Positions 9,888 through 19,197 of a DNA stretch of 64,000 bases are shown in pieces. The stretch is from an uncultured Poribacteria bacterium (lineage in GTDB: Bacteria > Poribacteria > WGA-4E > WGA-3G): the NCBI GenBank assembly GCA_951813565.1, contig OX638351.1, positions 4,000,001-4,064,000 on the forward strand, written 5' to 3'. Made by a program: the position numbers and the translations under genes. The notes beneath the pieces were generated by a model. That model searched no databases and was not told the origin of the DNA. It worked only from the letters and a program-made list of their open reading frames with translations. Each line of letters opens with the position of its first letter. The stretch's first letter is position 1.

Positions 9888-10290
9888 AAGAAGCGGCACA
9901 TGGAATAATAAGCGAAAATATGAAGAACTAAATGACCCTGTTGAAATAGATAGAGTCAAATATTTTTCCATTATCAATTTTTCAATTTAAAACTTGATTT
10001 TAATATCCACATAGAATAAACTATAGTTTGGACAATTTTTCATACGTAAGTTCAATATAATACCAATTCTAAAGTACAATGTCCCATTTAACATACTGTA
10101 ATTTAATGGAATATCAAGAGAAAAAAGAATGTCCGAGGCGCAGCATGCCACACGGGGAATGCCCTTTGGCATTATCAGACACTTCCGATTAAATCATTAT
10201 AATGTCTAATATCTATCAGTTTTCTTTTGCTACACCAAAAGAAAACTGTTTATAATTTTCCAAATTTCTATTTTTGTCATAGGAGGGACA

Positions 10291-11046
10291 ATGATGACAT
10301 CAAAATTAGGCCGTTTGTTTTTAATAATTTCTATCGTTACGCTAATTGCATTTACAGGTTGTACGAGAGTACAAGACGTGGTAATGGATTCCATGCTACC
10401 AGAAGACAGCATGGTGGAAGTGGTTCCGGTGAAGTTTGTTTTGCTAATTGACTATCCAGAAGGTGAAAAAGATGCTTATATTGAATGGGTTAAATCCCTT
10501 GTTCCAACGCTGCAAGCCCCTGAAGAGGTACGTAGGATACGCTCTTATGACAATCAAGACCAAACGATGAGTCCGAATAGACTTGTTGAGTATGAATTTG
10601 ATAGTTTTCTTGATATGGCACTGTATCTAAATCGACCTGAGATAGCCGAAATTATGAGTGACATCCCAGACCATGCGACCGATGTAACCGTGCACACATT
10701 TATCCAACGTTCTGATTATGCAAAAACCGATGAAGGGAACTGGCCGGTTAAAGGCGTTTTGTTGATTGATTATCCTCTTGGTGGAAAACAGGCATATCTG
10801 GATTGGGTTGAATCCGTTTCTGCTACGACAATCGGACCGTCCCAGTTGAAGACAATAGCCTCTTACGACAACTACTATGGTGAATCTCCACACCGACTGG
10901 TTGAGTTTGAGTTTGCTAATTCCGAAGATTCCACTACTTATGGGGAATTGGAAGATATTAAGGCAATTGAAGCTGAGCTTGATGTGCGCACAGGCAGCTG
11001 GACACAGCATACGTTTGAGTTACGTTCAGATTACATCAATGAATAG
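10291..11046 (+). CDS. putative lipoprotein with two tandem homologous ~100-aa domains (possibly EthD/DABB-like)
   Basis: Lipobox AFTGC; duplicated motif VLLIDYP.G.K.AY..WV.S...SYDN.....P.RLVE.EF. Confidence 0.7.
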   Translation: MMTSKLGRLFLIISIVTLIAFTGCTRVQDVVMDSMLPEDSMVEVVPVKFVLLIDYPEGEKDAYIEWVKSLVPTLQAPEEVRRIRSYDNQDQTMSPNRLVEYEFDSFLDMALYLNRPEIAEIMSDIPDHATDVTVHTFIQRSDYAKTDEGNWPVKGVLLIDYPLGGKQAYLDWVESVSATTIGPSQLKTIASYDNYYGESPHRLVEFEFANSEDSTTYGELEDIKAIEAELDVRTGSWTQHTFELRSDYINE

Positions 11047-11130
11047 CAGCTTAATTAATAGGACGATGTTGCCTAACAAATGAACTGACCATATTATAGT
11101 GGATTTTAGAATTACTTTGACACTTTTAAG

Positions 11131-11192
11131 GTAGGAGGGAACTCCAATTCCCGACTGCCTTAAAAGTGTCGCGATTTGGAAATCGCTCCTAC
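11131..11192. repeat. inverted REP doublet (REPIN-like)
   Basis: GTAGGAGGGAACTCCAATTCCCGAC ... GTCGCGATTTGGAAATCGCTCCTAC. Confidence 0.7.
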
Positions 11193-11288
11193 AAGAGCAT
11201 TCGTCAAATAGGTAGCAACTTGGGTTATAATAGGTAGGCAATACCATTCTTTTATAATCTGTGGTCACGCGTAGTTAAAGGGCTTTAT

Positions 11289-12929
11289 ATGCCAAATAAA
11301 CAACTTACGATTGGTGAGTACCTTCTAAAAAAACTAAAGAGTTACGAAATCAATCATATTTTTGGCATACCTGGCGATTATGTAGTGCAGTTCTTTGATA
11401 TGATTGAGCAGAGTCCTATTCAACAGATCGGCACAACGCGAGAAGAAACAGCAGGATTCGCTGCAGATGCTTATGCCCGAACAAACGGCATGGGGGCTGC
11501 ATGTGTGACGTACGGTGTCGGTGGTTTATCTATGATTAACGCTGTTACCGCTGCCTACGCAGAAAAATCACCACTTGTTGTCATTAGCGGTAGCCCAGGG
11601 ATAAATGAACGTACTGAGGGTGCACTTTTGCACCATAAAGGTAAAGATTTTTTTACACAACAACGTATCTATGAAGAGATAACCGTCGCATCAGCACTAC
11701 TTGACGAACCTTTCACCGCCTTTAACGAGATAGATAGAGTGTTGGATGCAGTCTATTGGCATAAGCGTCCGGGCTACATTGAACTGCCACGCGATATGGT
11801 AGGCATAGAAGGATCAGTGCACCAACGTCCTTCAACGGGTGGACACCACAGTGACTCCGAAACGTTAGAAGCTGCACTATCTAATGCGATTGCGTTCATA
11901 AATCAATCCGAAAATCCTGTTATTTTAGCGGGTGCTGAACTCCATAGATTCGGATTTCGAGACAAATTACTTCGGCTTGCCGAAGAAAAACAGATTCCAG
12001 TGGTGACAACGTTGTTGGGGAAATCGGTGATGCCAGAGGCACATCCACTCTATTTGGGTATTTATGGCGGTGCAATGGGCAGAACAGAGATCACAACGCT
12101 TGTTGAAACCTCTGATTGTCTTATTATTCTTGGCGCATTTATGACCGATGTCAACCTTGGGATTTACACGGCAAACCTTGCGCGAAGTCGTTGTGTCTAT
12201 GCTACCTCGGATAAAATCACCGTCTGTTACTCCACGTATGAAGATGTTACGTTTGAGGATTTTTTGGATGGCTTGTGTTCTCCGCAACTCGCCAAACGCC
12301 CCGAAGTGAACTTGGAATGGGTGCTGGAAGTGGCAGAGCCCTTTGTTATGGTCCCCGACCAAACGCTAACAGTGAAACGCCTATTTCAACATCTCAATCT
12401 ATTTCTGCATGATGAGCTGACGGTTATTCCCGATGTGGGTGATTGTCTTTGGGGTTCTGCGGATTTACGTCTTCCGGAACACACGGAATTTATTTCTCAG
12501 GCATATTATACCTCAATGGGGTTTGCCATTCCCGCTGCTGTTGGTGCGCAGCTGGGCAAACCTGGTTCCAGGCCACTTGTTATTGTCGGAGATGGCGCCT
12601 TCCAAATGACAGGCACTGAGCTCTCAACGACTATCCGCTATGGACTTAACCCGATTATCCTTGTTCTCAACAATCACGGTTACGGCACTATGCGTCCCCT
12701 CGTTGAAGGACCTTTTAATGATATAATAAATTGGCGTTATACGCATCTACCGGAAATGTTAGGAGCAGGGCGCGCGTTTGCTGTCCGTACCGAAGGTGAA
12801 TTTGACAGTGCTATGAAGGCTGCACTTGCGGAAACGCAACATTTTGTCATGATTGAAGCGGAACTTGAAAAATCTGACATGTCACCTGCACTTATAAGGT
12901 TGGCTGAGAAGGTGTCTGAGCAAGTTTGA
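11289..12929 (+). CDS. TPP-dependent alpha-keto acid decarboxylase (pyruvate/indolepyruvate decarboxylase family)
   Basis: FGIPGDY, GFAADAYAR and TPP motif GDGAFQMTG...LNNHGY. Confidence 0.9.
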   Translation: MPNKQLTIGEYLLKKLKSYEINHIFGIPGDYVVQFFDMIEQSPIQQIGTTREETAGFAADAYARTNGMGAACVTYGVGGLSMINAVTAAYAEKSPLVVISGSPGINERTEGALLHHKGKDFFTQQRIYEEITVASALLDEPFTAFNEIDRVLDAVYWHKRPGYIELPRDMVGIEGSVHQRPSTGGHHSDSETLEAALSNAIAFINQSENPVILAGAELHRFGFRDKLLRLAEEKQIPVVTTLLGKSVMPEAHPLYLGIYGGAMGRTEITTLVETSDCLIILGAFMTDVNLGIYTANLARSRCVYATSDKITVCYSTYEDVTFEDFLDGLCSPQLAKRPEVNLEWVLEVAEPFVMVPDQTLTVKRLFQHLNLFLHDELTVIPDVGDCLWGSADLRLPEHTEFISQAYYTSMGFAIPAAVGAQLGKPGSRPLVIVGDGAFQMTGTELSTTIRYGLNPIILVLNNHGYGTMRPLVEGPFNDIINWRYTHLPEMLGAGRAFAVRTEGEFDSAMKAALAETQHFVMIEAELEKSDMSPALIRLAEKVSEQV

Positions 12930-13107
12930 GTCTAAAAATAATGCAAGAAGTGACTTCTGTGCTTATATTCAGAGGCATTCAATTGTCAAGTTTTTTCAAC
13001 ATTTTGCACATGGTCGCGAGCTGGAGCTCGCTCCTACAAGAAGAGGTTTTAGGGAAAAGAAGAAATTATTAGAGAATTGAATGGCTCTGGCTTGTATTCC
13101 TTAACCG

Positions 13108-13136
13108 TTGACAAAAAAGACGAACCCCGTTAAAAT
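13108..13136 (+). promoter_or_regulatory. near-consensus sigma70 promoter
   Basis: TTGACA (13108-13113), 17-nt spacer, TAAAAT (13131-13136). Confidence 0.75.
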
Positions 13137-13176
13137 TGCGGGAAATCCTCAAGCCCTAATACAGAGGGTAAATTAT

Positions 13177-13736
13177 CAAGTGTTTCGTTCAAAACCCCGT
13201 CCTTTAGGTCGGGGATGTCCAACGGCTCACAAGTGCGGGGTATCACGAAATGCCCAACGAAAGATTAGCGTCAGACTACATCGTCAATCATGCAGGTAGG
13301 TGGAGAGCGTCTATATCATGCCAGTCGAATGTGAACTGGAACACGTGAGCGGGTTGATATGCAGCACATATCTGCGATATGCGTTACCAAAGTCGCTATA
13401 GCGAACTCTCAAAAGGAGCGAGTAGACATATTGCATAAAAGACCCCCAAGAGAAGTGAGTCATCTCTTGTTGTGTTGGGGTGCCTGGTAGAAAGGGCAGA
13501 AATGAACTGTTTCAAGTGAAACAGTGCCACTTCACAAAAAAGAATCTTGCCATCTAAAGCAGGTGAAAATCTGCAATAGATGAATGGGCGGGGCATCGTC
13601 CAGTGCGGTAAGTGATGGAAGACGAACAAATGCTTTGCGAAAGCAATGCTGGCGTTCGCATTCACTGTTGATAGCAGAATTTACCCAGTGCAGAGGACCT
13701 AAGAATCCCCCTGCTTTAGCTGGGGGAGTATGTCAA
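13177..13736 (+). mobile_element. non-autonomous IS200/IS605-family element (no tnpA or tnpB)
   Basis: Left end follows TTAT (13173-13176) and has a subterminal hairpin AAAA-CCCCGTCCTTTAGGTCGGGG (13191-13214). Right end is GAAT-CCCCCTGCTTTAGCTGGGGG-AGTATG-TCAA (13703-13736), the GAAT guide/TCAA cleavage pair known from IS608. No TSD, as expected for this family. Confidence 0.8.
13233..13587 (+). ncRNA. group II intron 5' fragment (domains I-III, IIB/chloroplast-like class); RT ORF and DV-DVI absent
   Basis: Begins GTGCG. Ordered blocks AAATGCCCAAC, AGCGTCAGAC, GTAGGTG, GTGAACTGGAACACGTGAG and TAAAAGAC match IIB introns as recalled (not searched). DIII-like hairpin GCCATCTAAAGCAGGTGAAAATCTGCAATAGATGAATGG. 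An EBS1-like loop is complementary to the upstream exon. Confidence 0.75.
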
Positions 13737-13756
13737 AAATGTATAGCATTAGAAAG
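13586..13756 (+). ncRNA. TnpB omegaRNA (reRNA)-like scaffold plus predicted guide (13737-~13756)
   Basis: 5' hairpin GGGCG-GGGCAT-CGTCC, whose loop GGCAT (13592-13596) can pseudoknot with ATGTC (13730-13734) next to TCAA. Internal hairpin TGCTTTGCGAAAGCA and the RE hairpin are also present. Confidence 0.65.
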
Positions 13757-13764
13757 GAAAACTT

Positions 13765-14391
13765 ATGTTACAAACACCCCCAGAATCCGCTGTGATTCTC
13801 TTTGATGGAAAAGATTTAAGCAACTGGACAGGTCGTGACGGTGGCGAACCGAAATGGAAAGTTGAAGGTGACGCTATGATTGTTGAGCCACGCACCGGCG
13901 ACATATCAAGCAAGGAAACTTTCACGGATCATTTCCTACACGTTGAATTCATGTGTCCTGATATGCCCGAAGCAAGTGGACAGGCAAAAGGTAATAGTGG
14001 CGTTTTCCTCCAAGGCAGATATGAAATTCAGGTCTTGGATTCTTACGGTATTGAAGTGCCTGGCAAGGGCGATTGCGGCGCAATTTACAATCAATTTGCA
14101 GCACTTGTAAATGCTTGTTTACCCCCACTTCATTGGCAGACTTATGATGTTATCTTTCGTGCGCCTCGGTTTAACGATGCAGGTGAAATGACTGAAAACG
14201 TCAGAGTGACGGCACTACAGAATGGATTGGTAATCCTCAATAATGTGCAGTTGCCCGGCACTACAGCTGGTGGTGCTGATTCTGAGATTGCCAAACCGGG
14301 ACCGCTACGTTTACAGGACCACGGCAATTTAGTTCAGTATCGAAACATTTGGGCAGTACCACTTCCGCTTGAAGGATCGGATCAATATTAG
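13765..14391 (+). CDS. DUF1080 / 3-keto-disaccharide hydrolase family protein
   Basis: LFDGKDLSNW, GNSGVFLQGRYEIQVLDS and LRLQDHGNLVQYRNIW. Confidence 0.9.
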   Translation: MLQTPPESAVILFDGKDLSNWTGRDGGEPKWKVEGDAMIVEPRTGDISSKETFTDHFLHVEFMCPDMPEASGQAKGNSGVFLQGRYEIQVLDSYGIEVPGKGDCGAIYNQFAALVNACLPPLHWQTYDVIFRAPRFNDAGEMTENVRVTALQNGLVILNNVQLPGTTAGGADSEIAKPGPLRLQDHGNLVQYRNIWAVPLPLEGSDQY

Positions 14392-14433
14392 TGCTTTGCC
14401 AATTCCAAATTGTTTGTGAATTGAGATGTTTCA

Positions 14434-14460
14434 GTAGGCGAGATTTCAAAACTCGCCTAC
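14434..14460. repeat. GTAG-type REP palindrome
   Basis: GTAGGCGAGATTTCAAAACTCGCCTAC. Confidence 0.65.
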
Positions 14461-14540
14461 AATATAAAGATGGACAGAATAGTAATCCGCATACACAACG
14501 AGAACGTTCGTAGTTAACGTCTGAAATGGAGTTTCAAATT

Positions 14541-16948
14541 ATGAATAGAAAAAGAATTGCGTTGATTGTAGCCATTGCCATGTTTGTCTTTGTTGCACAG
14601 GGCATTTCTGAAGCAGCAGATGCTGAAATACTCAGAGGGCATACGGGCTATGTCTCCAGTGTGGCATTCAGTTCGGATGGTCAGACCCTCGCAAGTGGGA
14701 GTGGTGACAGGACCGTCCGCCTCTGGGATGTCAACACAGGCACACAACTGAAAATAATCACAGGGCATACGGGCTATGTCTCCAGTGTGGCATTCAGTTC
14801 GGATGGTCAGACCCTCGCAAGTGGGAGTTATGACAGGACCGTCCGCCTCTGGGATGTCAACACAGGCACACAACTGAAAATAATCACAGGGCATACGGGC
14901 TATGTCTCCAGTGTGGCATTCAGTTCGGATGGTCAGACCCTCGCAAGTGGGAGTTGGGACAAGACCGTCCGCCTCTGGGATGTCAGCGCGTTGGGTATTC
15001 CCGCTGATATCCTCGTTATCCCGCCAGGAGGCAGACCTTATGAGGATCTGACCAAACAGCACGGTGGAGATGTGCGATCTGTAGCGTATAGTCCGTGGGG
15101 TGTTGTGCTGGCAAGCGGTGGCACAGACGATACCATGCGCTTATGGCGAACAACCAACGGAGAAGCCTTGTCCACCTACGAACACGGTGGGGATGTTAAC
15201 AGCATCGCCTTTACGCCCAATGACACGTGGATAGCCAGTGGGAGCGATGATGGGACAGTGCGCGTATGGAAGTGGAATACCGATGAAGATACCTGGGTGG
15301 AAGCTCAGGAACTTGAAATTGAAGGGAATCGATTAAACAATAATGTCCTAAGTGTCGCTTTCAGTCATGATAATACCATGCTTGCGTGTGGCACAAACGG
15401 GAACGATGTGCTGCTATATGATTACAATCCAGATGACGATAAGTGGGTATACAGAACGGCACTAAAAGACCATCAGGATAATGTGAACAGTGTTGCGTTT
15501 CGTCCTGGAGTACTGTCCTGGCAAGTGCAAGCGATGACGACACGGTGTGGATGTGGGATGCGCGCGCAGGTGAGGCACTTCAAAAGATCGTTGGGCATAC
15601 AGCGGATGTCAACAGTATCGCCTTTAGCCAAGATGGTAGCCGTTTAGTGAGTGGGAGTGATGACGGTACAGTCATCCTATGGCAAGCGTGGGGAAATTTC
15701 TGGAGATACGACCGTACCGTCTCTTCCTATTATGGGAATGTCAATAGCGTTGCTTTTAGTCCAACAGGTAAGGTGTTTGCGATGGGTTGTGACGATGGTG
15801 CTGCGCTTTTGTGCGATCTGGACAGCGGTGCAATTCTACCGTTAGAAAGGCATGCGGCAAAGGTCAGAAGTGTTGCCTTCAGCAAGGATGGCGAAGTGCT
15901 TGCAAGTGGTAGCAGTGATGGCAGAGTGCGGCAGTGGGTGATTCCCGAGTTTTCCAGTACCTACGGACTTGAAATACCCGATAATATGGTGTGGCTACCA
16001 GCACATAACGCGTTGTCAACTTATTTCTTCTTCGGTGCCAGAGTTTCAAGCCTAACGGGTGCGCCACACGGCGCGGATATTGCGTATGAAAAATGTGAAG
16101 TAAAACTTCACATCCCAGATCAATCCTTCTATTTTATTTTACCGGTTACCACACAAACTGGACGCAAAATCAAAGCAGGCCAAGACATAGCAACTGCAAT
16201 AATTAACGTTATCGGAGCATTATCAATAAAGGGAGTCAGTGAGGCAGCAAGTGCAGCGAGTGCTATTATAGCCATAACTGAAGCATACGAATCTACAGTC
16301 AAAGCGTTCGGAGATGAATTAAAAATTACGCTGCCGAAATCTTTATTGGAAAAACCTGAGAGCTCAATGCCTTTTATTGTGATGACCATACCTCGCATGG
16401 ACTCAGTGAGTGTAACAGTCAAACAGGTTGTTAAGATAAACGGTGGTGAAAGCCAAACAGTGACAGCGAACCGCGTGTGGGATTTAAACGAAGATGTGTT
16501 AGCTGCGCCTATTGCACAGCCGAGCGCACTTAAGGACTGGTCCCCATTTCAATTGCTCTCTCCAGAAGGACAAGAAGTGCTTCTGAAGCTTTCGGAGATT
16601 GTAAACGGTCTAACACGTTCTACTTTAGCAAACTTAGAGGCGTGGCAAATTCCAGAGGAGACATCCCTATTGCCAAACTATCCCAATCCGTTCAACCCAG
16701 AGACATGGATACCTTACCAACTCGCCAAACCAGCAGACGTGACGCTGACGATCTATGATATCAATGGGCATGTTGTGCGGGACTTAGATTTAGGACATCA
16801 ACCTGTCGGTATCTATAAAGGCAAAAACCGTGCTGCGCATTGGGATGGCCGCAACGCTGAAGGTGAACCTGTGGCAAGTGGTGTCTATTTCTATACGTTG
16901 AAGGCAGGTGATTTCACTGCTACGCGAAAAATGTTGATACGGAAATAG
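14541..16948 (+). pseudogene. secreted WD40-repeat protein with C-terminal FlgD-Ig/Por-secretion-like tail, split by a frameshift near 15506
   Basis: Signal peptide, then GH...WD repeats in ORF 14526-15647. The WD register (STVLASASDDDTVWMWD) continues in the frame of ORF 15545-16948, which ends LLPNYPNPFNPETWIPYQL...TRKMLIRK. Could be a sequencing error. Confidence 0.75.
14636..14984 (+). repeat. ~2.8 near-identical 126-bp tandem repeats (WD40 units)
   Basis: Units start at 14636, 14762 and 14888 and differ only at the codons GGT/TAT/TGG and AGG/AGG/AAG. Confidence 0.95.
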
Positions 16949-17038
16949 GGAAAATATCAAACTTTCATACATACTACTGCGCAATGTATTGCGGTTCGTA
17001 ATAATGCAATGCATTGTGCGCTTATCAGGAGAAATTTT

Positions 17039-17989
17039 ATGGCAAATCAACCTTTACCTACAGTTCCTCGACGACGGTTAGGCAGAACAGAATTAAGCAT
17101 TCCTGTCGTTCCGTACGGGACACAAGGTTTCGGCAACAATTTTGGCTTTGTTTCAGATGAGGATGCAGTAGCACTGATTAAACACTCAGTCTCTATCGGT
17201 GTAAACCACTTTGATTGCGCTCGCTGTTACGGTGATTCGCAGCGGAAACTTGGCTTGGCAATGAAAGAAATTCCGCGCGAGGATGTAATTATAACTGCGA
17301 GACTTTGCTGTCACTCTGCAGCAGATTGGGGCGGCTATGGACAGGGAAGGCCTAACTATTCTGCCGAACGCGCAATTGCCGATCTGGAAGATCAACTTCA
17401 ATTGCTTAATGTTGATTATCTGGACGGGATGCTAATCCACGACCCGCATGAAATTGATCCAACACTTGAAAAAGGTGGTACTCTTGAAGGTTTGCTCAAA
17501 TGCAAGGCACGCGGACTTGTTCGTCATGTAGGCTATGGGATGCGCCAACACGATTTTCATCTTAAAGCCATTGCGACAGGTGACGTTGACCTTCTCTTGT
17601 GCTTCAACGATTATAACCTCGTCCGGCAATCTGTTAAGGACACTATCCTTCCCGCTGCTGCTGAAGCAGATATAGGCGTTATGAATGGATGGTCTATCTT
17701 GCGCGGTATCCTCACCGGTGTTGATATTGATGCAGAAATTGAACGCGGACGCTGGAAAAAGGAAGGTGATGTTGCAGCAGCGTATCCGATCTGGGAATGG
17801 TGTGTTGAAGAAGGTATAAGTTTGCTTCAACTTGCGCTTCAGTTTTGTCTGAAAGAAGAACGGATTCAAGGTAATAACATCGGCAGCCTCAATGCTGAGC
17901 AATTAGAGGCAAATGTCATCGCAGCCAGTACGCCGTTACCGGACAACGTATGGGAAAAATACGAGGCAAAGTTCGGTTCACAGAATTAA
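17039..17989 (+). CDS. aldo/keto reductase
   Basis: RRRLGRTELSI, GVNHFDCARCYG and LIHDP; start MANQ after an AGGAG RBS. Confidence 0.85.
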   Translation: MANQPLPTVPRRRLGRTELSIPVVPYGTQGFGNNFGFVSDEDAVALIKHSVSIGVNHFDCARCYGDSQRKLGLAMKEIPREDVIITARLCCHSAADWGGYGQGRPNYSAERAIADLEDQLQLLNVDYLDGMLIHDPHEIDPTLEKGGTLEGLLKCKARGLVRHVGYGMRQHDFHLKAIATGDVDLLLCFNDYNLVRQSVKDTILPAAAEADIGVMNGWSILRGILTGVDIDAEIERGRWKKEGDVAAAYPIWEWCVEEGISLLQLALQFCLKEERIQGNNIGSLNAEQLEANVIAASTPLPDNVWEKYEAKFGSQN

Positions 17990-19072
17990 TTTATCCAGAA
18001 ATTTGTGAGTCGCACGTGGAAGCGGATAATCCTGCAGGGCATCAAGTTTAACCCATTTTGCGTCTATCGGTCCGTTGAGAATTACCTCACCCGAATGATA
18101 ATCGCATTGAAATACATCCACGACTATTTTGAAATGGGTGAATGCGTGTTTGACACGGGTGAGGTATTTTATATTGGTAACAGAAAGATTGACAACATCG
18201 GTGATGTGACGGATACAAGCATCTTCTGCACTTTCGTCTTCTGTGAGTTGTCCATTGGGAAATTCCCAGAGTCCACCGAGTAAACCGTCAAGTGGTCGTT
18301 GAATAATTAAAACTTCTGATTCTTTGTAGATAACACCTGCAGCGATGTGGTGTTCAGGAACTGCCGCTGTCGGACGCCGATGCGGAAATTCATCTTGACG
18401 GACAGTGTAGAATGCCGCGCAAAATTGGTTCACAGGACAGATAAGACAGGTAGGGGATTGGGGACGACAGATAGTTGCGCCCAATTCCATCATTGCTTGA
18501 TTGAATAGTCCTGGCTCTTTCTGATCTAATAGGTCATCCGCTTTCTGTTGAAAGCTTTTTGCTGATGAAGTCTCGTTGATAGGTGCTTCCATTAGGTAGA
18601 GGCGTGCTAACACACGTTTTATGTTGCCATCAACTGCAGCGTGCGGTGTATTAAAGGCGATACTTTGCACCGCCGCAGCACTATAATCCCCTACTCCTGG
18701 CAATTTCCTAAAAGTAGCATAGTCACTTGGTATTTCCCCATCTAACTCCTTTATAATCAACTGTGCTGCTTTATGTAGATTCCGCGCTCGTGCGTAGTAT
18801 CCTAATCCTTCCCATACTTTTAGCACATCTTGTAATGGCGCAACTGCAAGTTGTTGAACATCTGGAAACCGTTCTATAAACCTTTCATAATATGCCACTA
18901 CCTTTTTGACCTGTGTCTGCTGTAGCATCACTTCTGAAACCCAAATGCGGTATGGATCATCAATGCCTCGCCACGGCATTTTCCGTTGATATTTTTTGAA
19001 CCATGTCAGCAACTTTTTACGGAATTCTTGTTGTGACTTCAATAACTGTTTTTTTGGCATTAGCTGCAGCAT
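17978..19072 (-). CDS. mutY: A/G-specific adenine glycosylase MutY
   Basis: WVSEVMLQQTQV, WEGLGYYARARNL, HhH-GPD, Fe-S C-x6-C-x2-C-x5-C and a C-terminal NUDIX-like domain. Confidence 0.95.
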   Translation of the reverse strand: MLQLMPKKQLLKSQQEFRKKLLTWFKKYQRKMPWRGIDDPYRIWVSEVMLQQTQVKKVVAYYERFIERFPDVQQLAVAPLQDVLKVWEGLGYYARARNLHKAAQLIIKELDGEIPSDYATFRKLPGVGDYSAAAVQSIAFNTPHAAVDGNIKRVLARLYLMEAPINETSSAKSFQQKADDLLDQKEPGLFNQAMMELGATICRPQSPTCLICPVNQFCAAFYTVRQDEFPHRRPTAAVPEHHIAAGVIYKESEVLIIQRPLDGLLGGLWEFPNGQLTEDESAEDACIRHITDVVNLSVTNIKYLTRVKHAFTHFKIVVDVFQCDYHSGEVILNGPIDAKWVKLDALQDYPLPRATHKFLDKLIL

Positions 19073-19197
19073 TGTAACTTCAGGTTGAATGGTATCGGGC
19101 TTACAAAGCCCTCCTACAATTGTGGAGTTAGTTGTTTTATTTTTTAATTCCTAAAATTTTGGTTCTGGCAATTACGAGTTGAAACTATTAATTTCCA

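Noticed and set aside
9691..10290. Possible CRISPR array or leader upstream of cas10
   Set aside because: No regularly spaced direct repeats; only AT-rich sequence and REP-like palindromes.
13118..13172. AAATTGCGGGAAA resembles the P element of a group I intron (classical IStron)
   Set aside because: No Q, R or S elements follow. The motif overlaps the -10 box of a well-spaced promoter and lies outside the inferred IS left end.
13108..13805. Short ORFs 13108-13299, 13396-13665 and 13584-13805
   Set aside because: They have no RT, TnpA or TnpB motifs and are incidental frames over structured RNA.
14636..14984. DGR template/variable repeat pair
   Set aside because: The differences are not adenine-specific, the repeats are in-frame tandem coding units, and no RT is present in the window.
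14514..15062. Antisense 182-aa repeat ORF
   Set aside because: It is a shadow of the WD40 repeats on the + strand.
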